Positions 54,471-64,000 of a stretch of 64,000 nucleotides of DNA are shown here, in pieces. How positions within the stretch are numbered: position 1 is the stretch's first letter; the number at the start of each line of letters is the position of its first letter. The notes under the pieces are model-generated. The model did no database searches, was not told where the DNA came from, and worked only from the letters and a program-made list of their open reading frames with translations. The position numbers were made by a program, and so were the translations under genes. Source of the DNA: Malacoraja senta (taxonomy: Eukaryota); assembly GCA_038087875.1 (NCBI GenBank), contig JAXLNO010000680.1, forward strand, positions 124,001 to 188,000, read 5' to 3'.

Positions 54471-55253
54471 CCCTCTGGTATTCCTTCAGTAAACTCTTAG
54501 GCAAAAGAGTTACGATAAACTGAAGTTACGATATCTCCCAGGATCTAGTTATCTCTCAGGATCTACAACTGGTAAGATCGGCTTGAGAGGCTAAAAGTCC
54601 CACAAACGATTTTATGTTTCTGCGTCCTCTTGAAGGTTACCATTGAATTTCATTCCACCACCTCTTAAGCAACTCAACGTCACGAATCGCTGCATCAAAT
54701 ACAATCTCACCAACTGCCACCACCTATAAATAACACAACAAAACATTCGACAATGCTCTACAGATCTTCGAAACAGATCCCGACACCAAGCCAAATGGAG
54801 AACCTTCAGGACAGATGGCAAGGTCTTGGTCAATGGGATGGTCCTCAAGGGGTATCTTAAAGGAGGAAAGAAAGGGCACGAGGTTTAGGTTGATTAGTGC
54901 GGGTGTCAGGGGTTATGGGGAGAAGGCAGGAGAATTGGGTTTGGAGGGAGAGATAGATCAGCCATGATTGAATGGCGGAGTAGACTTGACATGCCGAATG
55001 GTCTAATTCTGCTCCTATCACTTATGAACTGATGAAAGAAGTTTCAGAGCCAAGGGCCTTGGAGCTAAAGGCTTGGCGTTTAGTGGAATTTGGGACAAAG
55101 AACGACCAAATTTGGATGAATGGAGGTCTTGGATCTTGATGGAGGATGTTGCAGGGATACGGAGGGCCAAAGCTACAGAGGGAATGAAAACAAGAGTGGG
55201 AATTCGCAAAACCAAGCCATAACACAACGAGGAACCAATATATATTGGTGGGA

Positions 55254-55550
55254 TGCATGGTGGCGCAGCGGTAGTGATGCTGCTTTACAGCGCCAGAGAC
55301 CCAGGTTCGATCCTGACTACGGGTGCTGTCTGTACGGAGTTTGTACGTTCTCCCCGAGGGGTTTTCTCCGAGATCTTCGGTTTCCTCCAACACTCCAAAG
55401 ACGTACAGGGTTGCAGGTTAATTGGCTCGGTATAAATTGTCCCTAGTGTGTGTAGGATAGTGTTAATGTGCGGGGATCGCTGGTCGGCGCGTAGTCGATG
55501 GGCCGAAGGGCCTGTTTCCGCGCTGTATCTCTCAACTAAACTAAACTAAA
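55254..55550 (+). mobile_element. V-SINE (HE1-like)
   Basis: GGTGGCGCAGCGGTAG...GGTTCGATCC...AACTAAACTAAAC. Confidence 0.85.
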
Positions 55551-55585
55551 TTGGCAAGCATTAACGATTGCATCTTCCCCTTAGT

Positions 55586-55713
55586 CTGAAGAAGGGTCTC
55601 GAGCCGAAACGTCACCTATTTCTTCGCTCCATAGATGCTGCCTCACCCGCTGAGTTTCTCCAGCATTTTTGTCTACCTTCGATTTTTTCCAGCATCTGCA
55701 GTTTTTTCTTAAA
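55586..55713 (+). mobile_element. 128-bp hammerhead-bearing mini-retroelement
   Basis: Perfect 17-bp TSD TGCATCTTCCCCTTAGT at 55569-55585 and 55714-55730. The insert begins at CTGAAGA. Confidence 0.85.
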
Positions 55714-56462
55714 TGCATCTTCCCCTTAGTTCACTTGGTAATGATCTCAAATCTGTGACTGGTGTCCTTCGCAGAACTTGTCCTCCTTATACATTAAACA
55801 GCCCAGGTTTGCCCCTGACAAACAACACACACACGGGCACTGGGTGTTCTTTGCTAATGGTTGCGTTGTAGTTTAGTTGGATGTGCTGAGAATCGTTAAT
55901 GTTGATGTTAAATACCTGACCGCTTAGAAGAAGCAACCTCCCCTTGGGATGGAAGAATGGGAGATCATGTTTACTTAATATGCTAGTGTTTTCTGAAGGT
56001 CCATTCTGGAGGTACAGCTGATGCTATATATTTGGATTTTCAGACAGCTTTTGACAATCTTCCACATCGGCGGTTGATAGCTAAGGTAAGCGACCATGGA
56101 ATAATCGGTAAGGTATGGCCTCGAGCTGTTTCTACCATGGAAAATGTAGGCTGGCATTAACTGGGAATATTACCCTGGAAGGCACTTTACAGATGGGACA
56201 TTGCAGAGGTTCCATTGTGATTCTAGTAGTTCTATTATATTGAATTGAATACTTTATTTTCACATGTGACAAGTCACAGTGAAATTCCTTGCTTACGTAC
56301 CCAAGGGTATGCAAATAGTCGCTACATAAAGGGCGCATACCAGGTTACAAATACCCCCCCCGCGCCAGGTCCCACTTTGTTCTTCCTTCCCCCTCTCTCA
56401 CGGTGATCCCCCCACGCCAGGTCCCCAATGTCCATTGCTCTTCCCCCTCCCCTCATGGTGGT

Positions 56463-57340
56463 CAATAGATAATAGACAATAGGTGCAGGAGTAGGCCATT
56501 CGGCCCATTGAGCCAGCACCGCCATTCAATGTGATCATGGCTGATCATCCACAATCAGTAACCCCGTGCCTGCCTTCTCCCCATATCCCCTGACTCCGTT
56601 ATCTTTAAGAGCCCTATCTAGCTCTCTCTTGAAAGTATCCAGAGAACCGGCCTCCACCGCCCTCTGAGGCAGAGAATTCCACAGACTCAGCACTCTCTGT
56701 GAGAAAAAGTGTTTCCTCGTCTCCGTTCTAAATGGCTTACTCCTTATTCTTAAACTGTGGCCCCTGGTTCTGGACTCCCCCAACATCGGGAACATGTTTC
56801 TTGCCTCTAGCGTGTCGAAACCCTTAATAATCTTATATGTTTCAATGAGATACCCTCTCATCCTTCTAAACTCCAGAGTGTACAAGCCCAGCTGCTCCAT
56901 TCTCTCAGCATATGACAGTCCCGCCATCCCGGGAATTAACCTTGTAAACCCACTCCCTCAATAGCAAGAATGTCCTTCCTCAAATTAGGGGACCAAAACT
57001 GCACACAATAGAAACATAGGAACATAGGAAATAGGTGCAGGAGGAGGCCATTCGGCCCTTCGAGCCAGCACCGCCATTCATTGTGATCATGGCTGATCGT
57101 CCCCTATCAATGACCCGTGCCTGCCTTCTCCCCATATCCCTTGACTCCACTAGCCTCTAGAGCTCTATCTAATTCTCTCTTAATACTCCAGGTGTGATCT
57201 CACTAGGGCTCTGTACAACTGCAGAAGGACCTCTCTACTCCTATACTCAACTCCTCTTGTTATGAAGGCCAACATGCCATTGGCTTTCTTCACTGCCTGC
57301 TGTACCTGCATGCTTACTTTCAGTGACTGATGAACAAGGA
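56463..57340 (-). mobile_element. CR1 LINE fragment with a nested CR1 3' end (~57010-57181)
   Basis: QLGLYTLEFRRMRGYLIETYKI; two 3'UTRs are present. Confidence 0.85.
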
Positions 57341-58052
57341 CCACGCTGGGTCCCCATTGTCCATTGCTCTTGCCCCTCCCCTCAGGGCGATCCCCCTATG
57401 CCGGGTCCTCCTTTGTTCCTTCCCCCCGGCAGCAGCGGCGTCCTCACTTCCACGTGGTCCGTCCACGACCGCCGGGCCGACCTCTCCACTAACGGCGCCG
57501 AGTCCTCTCCAGACGCCTCCGTGCCGCCGACCCAGGCCCCAGTCTTACTTTGTGAACTGTTCAATGTCTCCAGGTTTGCAAAATAATAATCTAAAACAAA
57601 GTCAGAAGAGTTTCCATTATTTTCCCATGAGGATCAATAGTTAAACATTCTCTTTTTTCTTCGGCCCCTTTGATCTCTCATTTTCACACCTTACCCTTCC
57701 ATATCTCTGTGTCTCCCTCTCCCCTGACTCTCAGTCTGAAGAAGGGTCTCGACCTGAAATGTCACCCATTCCTTCTCTCCAGAGATGCTGCCTGACCTGC
57801 TGAGTTACTCCAACATTTTGTGTCTATCTTCGGCCAAACATATACTTCATTTTGTCTCTGTGATAGGCCTTCTAGAAGGCTTGAGTTTAGGGCATTTCTA
57901 ATATCTGGGCTCATTATATAGTATTTTGTGTTCATGATAAATATATATATTTTTTAATTTTGCTAACAACGAGTGCCAGGATTTTAACTCGTGCAGAAAC
58001 TGTTTCAATCCTTCCATCAGTTCTCCAGATACTCTGCCTGACCAAACGCAGA

Positions 58053-58755
58053 ACGATCTAGGAGTACAGGTGCATGGTTCATTGAAGGTCGAGTCGCAGG
58101 TAGATAAGGTGGTCAAAAAGGCTTGTGGCACTTTGGCCCTCACCAGTCAGAGTATTGAGTATAGAAGTTGGGAGGTCATGTTGCAGTTGTATAAGACGTT
58201 GGTGAGGCCACATTCAGAATATTGTGTTCGGTTCTGGGCACCATGTTATAGGAAAGATGTTGTCAAGCTGGAAAGGGTGCAGAGATGATTTTCAAGGATG
58301 TTTGTTGCCAGGACTAGAGGGTGTGAGCTATAGGGAGAGGTTGAGTAGACTGGGACTCTATTACTTGGAGCGCAGGAGGATGAGGGGAGATCTTATGGAG
58401 GTGTTTAAAATCATGAGAGTAATAGATCGGGTAGATGCACAGAGTCTCTTGCCCAGAGTAGGGGAATCGAGGACATAGGTTCAAGGTGAAGGGGGAAAGA
58501 TTTAATAGGAACCCGAGGGGTAACATTTCCACACAAAGGGCGGTGGGTGTATGGAACGAGCTGCCAGAGGAGGTAGTTGAGGCTGGGACTATCCCAACGT
58601 TTAAGAAACAGTTAGACAGGTACATGGATAGGACAGGTTTAGAGGGATATGGGCCAAATGCAGGCAGGTGGGACTAGTGTAGTTGGGGCATGTTGGCCGG
58701 TGTGGGCAAGTTGGGCCGAAGGGCCTGTTTCCACACTGTATCACTCTATGACTCT
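58053..58755 (+). mobile_element. CR1 LINE 3' fragment
   Basis: Frameshifted ORFs spanning 58070-58677 carry CR1 motifs. Confidence 0.88.
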
Positions 58756-59737
58756 GTGACCTGCAGAATTACTCCAGCACTTTGTGTCTTTTTCATTGAA
58801 AATTATTTTTCATACGCATTGAAAATGACTTACGCCTTCCTTGCTGTAGTCCTCATCTCAGTCTCGGTGTACCACTGCTGTACGCTTGTACTGTATCTGA
58901 GATACTTATCGAAGATGCATCTACGTGCTTATGTATAGTTATAGGAAGGAACTGCAGATGCAGGTTTAAATCGGACAGATACAAAATGCTGGAGGAACTC
59001 AGCGGGACAGGCAAGATCTCTGGAGAGGAGGAATGGGTGATGTATCGGGTCGAGACCCTTCTTCTGAAACGTCACCTATTCCTTCTCTCCAGAGATGCTG
59101 CCTGTCCCGCTGAGTTACTCTGGCATTTTGTGTCTACCTTATGTAAAGGGATACTTGTCCTGAGCTGCACGCAAAAATGAATTTCACTGTACCTCAGTAC
59201 ATGTAACAAATAATGTACCATTGTAAGTACCATTGTAGGTAAAGAGCTGTAGATGGCAACATTACAGTTTGCTGACCGAGGGAGACGGGTGCTGTCTATA
59301 CGGAGTTTGCACGTTCTCTCTGTGACCTGCATGGGTTTTTGAGACCTTCGGTTTCCTCCCACACTACAAAGACGTACAGGTTTCTAGGTTAATCGGCTTG
59401 GAATAAGTGTAAAATTGTCCCCAATGTGTGTAGGGTAGTGTTAGTGTGCAGGGATCGCTGGTTGGCACGGACTCGGTGGGCCGAAGGGCCTTTTTCTTAG
59501 CTGCATCTCTGAACTAAAAAAAGAATGTGGCCGTGACATTTAACTGTGAGCCGCTATTTCACAACATAATTAGTTCCACGGCAAGCATATTTTGCAAGGA
59601 TTCTGCAAGGCATTTTCTAAATGCCAGTCCTTTCACAATGAGAGGGGAACCTTAGGGACACAAATACAGAATGAATAAAAAAATGGCGACAGGAAATGAA
59701 GGCAAGCTGTGCTTTGCGCAAGGGGATCGGAGTTACA

Positions 59738-60050
59738 GTTTAGTTTAGTTTGGAGATACAGCGCGGAAACAGGCCCTTCGGCCCACCCAGTCCGCGCCGG
59801 CCAGCGATCCCCGCACACTAACACTATCCTACACACACTATGGATAATTTTACATTCATACCAAGCCAATTAACCTACGAGTCTGCACATCTTTGGGGTG
59901 TGGGGGGAAACCGAAGATCCCGGAGAAAACCCACGCGGGTCACGGGGAGAAGGTACAAGCTCCGTACACACAGCACCCGTAGTCAGGGTGGAACCCGAGG
60001 TCTCTGGCGCTGTGAGGCAGCAACTCTACCGCTGCGCCACCGTGCCACCC
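59738..60050 (-). mobile_element. V-SINE (HE1-like), full length
   Basis: GGGTGGCACGGTGGCGCAGCGGTAGAG head through TAAAC tail on the - strand. Confidence 0.85.
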
Positions 60051-61629
60051 TGATGTCTCAGGATAATAAGAGAGGCTTGCAGAGTCGATATGTTTACAAA
60101 AGGAAATCCAGGTTTGACAAATTTTGTACTTCTTTGTTTAGAGAGGGAGCTGACTCCATCTTTTTTTAAAATTATTTTCTTGTAGATTCATAGAGTGATA
60201 CAGCAGGGAATTGGGCCCTTCAGCCCAACTTGCCCACACCGACCAACATGTCCCATCTACACTAGTCCCACTTGCCTGCGCTTGGTCCATATCCCTCCAA
60301 ACCTGTCCTATCCATGTACCTGTCTAACTGCTTCTTAAACGTTGGGATAGTCCCAGCCTCAACTACCTCCTCTGGCAGCTCGTTTCATTCACCCACCACC
60401 CTTTGTGTGAAAAAGTTATCCCTGTAAAATTTATCCCCCTTCACCTTAAACCTATGGTTCTCGATTCCTCTAATCTGGGAAAGAGTCTCTGTACGTCCAA
60501 CCAATCTATTCCTCTCATGATTTTATACACCTCTATAAGATCTCCCCTCATCCTCCTGCATTGCATGTCTCGGCCTACTCAACCTCTCCCAAGAGCTCGG
60601 ACACTTGAGTCCTGACCTTCGTACACGGTTTATGATTTTATGTTCGTGTGTGGGAGGAAACAGAGGAAAACCCACGCAGGTCACGGGGAGAACGTACAAA
60701 CTCTGTACAGACAGCACCCGCAGTCGGGATCGAACCCGGGTCTCTATCACTTTAGGCGCTGTAAGGCAGCAACTCTACCGCTGCACTACTGTGCCGCCCA
60801 AACGATTACCATGTACATAAACAGTGCATAGATGCATGATAAGGGAATAACGTTTAGTGCAAGGTAAAGTCAGTAACATCCGATCAAAGGTATACCGATG
60901 CTCTCCAAATGAGGTGGATAGTTCAGGACTGCTCTTTAGCTGGTGATAGGATGGTTCAGTTGCCTGATAACAGCTGGGAAGAAACTGTCCCAGAGTCTGG
61001 AGGTGTGCGTTCGTTTTCACACTTCTGTATCTCATGCCCGATGGGAGAGGGGAGAAGAGGGAGTGGCCGGGGTGCGACTCGTCCTTGATTATGCTGCTGG
61101 CCTTGCCGAGGCAGCGTGAGGTGTGGATGGAGGCGATGGAAGGGAGGTTGGTTTGTGCGATGGTCTGGGCTGCGTCCACAATTCGCTGCAATTTCTTCCC
61201 GTCTTGGACGGAGCTGTTCCCAAACCGTGCTGTGATGCAACCCGATAAAATGCTTTTTCTCGGCGCATCTGTAGAAGTTGGTGAGAGTTGTAGGGGACAT
61301 GCCAAACTTCCTAAGCCTCTTGGTGTGCTTTCTTGGTCGTTGCTTCAATATGGGTGGCCCAGGAGAATTTGTTGGTGATATTGACACCTCGGAAGTTTTC
61401 AACCATCGGTACTCAGCGCCGTCCATGCAAACTGGGATACGTGTACAGCTTCCCTTCCTGAAGTCGATCACTATCTCCTTTGTAATGTAGAAGCCTCTAC
61501 CGCAAACCAACAGTGGATTATAAGACAATAGGATCGTGTACCAGAAATAGGCTCATAATACATGCAGTGTACAATACAGGTGTTGCATACTGCAGGCGTT
61601 TAATATTGGTGCGGCACGGTGGCGCAGCG

Positions 61630-61676
<47 letters not shown>

Positions 61677-61754
61677 TGTGTGTGTGTGTGTGTGTGGAGT
61701 TTGTACGTTTTACCTGTGACCACGAGGGGTTCCTCCAGGTACTCCGGTTTCACA

Positions 61755-63795
61755 AGTTATAGGAGTAGAATTAGGCCATTTGGCCCATCTAGTCAATAGA
61801 TAATAAACAATAGGTGCAGGAGTAGGCCATTCGGACCTTTGAGCCAGCACCGCCATTCAATGTGATCATGGCTGATCATCCCCAATCAGTACCCCATTCC
61901 TGCCTTCTCCCCATATCCCCTGACTCCGCTATTTTAAAGAGCCCTATCTAGCTCTCTTTTGAAAGTATCCAGAGAACCGGCCTCCATCACCCTCTGAGGC
62001 AGAGAATTCCACAGACTCACAACTCTGTGAGAAAAAGTGTTTCCTCGTCTCCATTCTAAATGGCTTACCCCTTATTCTTAAACAGTGGCCCCTGGTTCTG
62101 GACTCCCCCAACATCGGGAACATGTTTCCTGCCTCTAGCGTGTCCACTCTTAACAATCTTATATGTTTCAATAAGATACCCTCTCATCCTTCTAAACTCC
62201 AGAGTGTACAAGCCCAGCTGCTCCATTCTCTCAGCATATGACAGTCCCGCCATCCCGGGAATTACCCTGGTGAACCTACGCTGCACTCACTCAATAGCAA
62301 GAATGTCCTTCCTCAAATTAGTCCACTCTGCCATTCAACCGTGGCTGATCTCTGCTTCCTAATCCCATTTTCCTGCCTTCTCCCCACAACCCTTGACACC
62401 CGTTCTAATCAAGAACTGGGGTTTCCTCCCACAGCCGTAAAGGTGTGGGGTTTGTAGGTTAATTGACCTCTGTAAATTGTCCCTGGTGTGTAGGTTAGAA
62501 CTAGTGAACAGATGTTCTCAGGTCGATGAGGACTTGTTTGTTTCCCCGCTGTATCTAAACCAAACTAAACTCAACTATATACCGTAGAGACATTGAGAGA
62601 TACAGCGTGGAAACGGTACAGAGAAGATTTACGAGGCTGTTGCCAGGACTAGAGGGTGTGAGCTATAGGGAGAGGTTGAGTAAACTGGGACTCTATTCCT
62701 TGGAGTGCAGGAGGATGAGGGGCGATCTTATAGAGGTGGATAAAATCTCTTGAGGAATAGATTGGGTAGACGCACAGAGTCTCTTGCCCAGAGTAGGGGA
62801 ATCGAGGACCAGAGGACATAGGTTCAAGGTGAAGGGGAAAAAATTTAATAGGAATCTGAGGGGCAACTTTTTTCACACAAAGGGGTGGTGGGTGTATGGA
62901 ACAAGCTGCCAGAGGAGGTAGTTGGGACTGGGATTATTCCAACATTTAAGAAACAGTTAGACAGGTACATGGATAGGACAGGTTTGGAGGGATATGGACC
63001 AAATGCGGGGAGGTGGGACTAGAGTAGCTGGGACATGTTGGCCGGTGTGGGCAAGTTGGGCCAAAGGGCCTGTTTCCACGCTCTATGACTATGAGCAGGG
63101 CAACAGGCCCTTCAGCCCATTGAGTGCATGCTGACCATCAACCACATTTTATATCAATCTATTTTTTATTCATCAAATATTCCCGTCAACTCTCCCCGGA
63201 TTCTACCAGTCACTGGGACCAATTGATAGCGGCCAATTAGCCCTCCAATCCACACATCTTTAGAATGTAGTAGGAAACCAGGGCATACACACTCCTTATT
63301 GGACACTGTGACCACGTGGGTTTTCACCAGGTGCTCCGGTTTCCTCCCACGCTTCAAAGACATACAGGTTTGTAGGGTAATTAATGGATTGACTAGGCTT
63401 ATATTCGCTGGATTTTAGAAGGATGAGAGGGGATCTTATAGAAACATATAAAATTCTTAAGGGATTGCAGGAAAAATGTTCCCGATGTTAGGGGAGTCCA
63501 GAACCAGGGGTCGCAGTTTAAGAATAAGAGGTCGGCCATTTAGGACTGAGACGAGGGAAAACTTTTTTAGCCAGAGTTGTGAATCTGTGGAATTCTCTGC
63601 CACAGAAGACAGTGGAGGCCAATTCACTGGATGTATTCAAGAGAGTTAGATTTAGCTCTAAGGGCTAACGGAATCAGGGGATATGGGGAGGAGGCAGGAA
63701 CAGGGTACTGATTTTAGATGATCACCCATGATCGTATTGAATGGCAGTGCTGGCTAGAAGGGCGAAATGGCCTACTCCTGCACCTATTTTTATGT
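61755..63795. mobile_element. Cluster of CR1 3' fragments (~61755-62415 -, ~62615-63090 +, ~63385-63795 +) with SINE pieces
   Basis: Repeated CR1 C-terminal and 3'UTR motifs. Confidence 0.8.
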
Positions 63796-64000
63796 TTAAT
63801 TGGCTTCGGTAAAAATTGTAAATTGTCCCAAATGTGTACGATAGTGTTAATGTGCAGAGATCGCTGGCCGGCACGGACCCAGTGGGCCGAAGGGCCTGTT
63901 TCTGCGCTGTATCTCGAAACTAGACTCAACTAAACTAAAAGGCAGAGGAAGAAAAAGAAATCAGCCGGAAAGAAACGGAGAAAAAATGATGTGGAAATTG

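Noticed and set aside
54643..54723. Possible - strand exon VVAVGEIVFDAAIRDVELLKRWWNEIQ
   Set aside because: The apparent acceptor lies in the decayed tail of an old L2 element, the donor (gtaacc) is weak, and I do not recognise the peptide.

Overview
This is repeat-dense vertebrate genomic DNA, most likely from a cartilaginous fish (skate or ray). That assignment is inferred from HE1/V-SINE-type SINEs, HER1/CR1-type LINEs and DeuSINE relics. There is one 200-N assembly gap. I found no host protein-coding exon that I can support: the recognisable ORFs are transposon fragments (CR1, L2, Rex1/Babar, Penelope-like GIY-YIG, Tc1) or CA/TG microsatellite artefacts. A TE-free block at about 7640-10250 looks like the distal 3'UTR and polyA site of an unidentified upstream + strand gene. 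The most striking signal is roughly 30 copies, intact or decayed, of a minimal type-I hammerhead ribozyme motif (CUGAAGA-A-GGGU[CUCG/UUCG]RCCC-GAAACGUY) at the 3' end of Penelope-like elements. It also occurs in 130-200 nt ORF-less mini-elements with clean target-site duplications and in fold-back arrangements. Other notable items are hAT and PIF/Harbinger-like MITEs (one CpG-island-like), a template-switch palindrome, and repeated leader+CR1 junctions. All coordinates were read by eye; TE boundaries are approximate to tens of bp.
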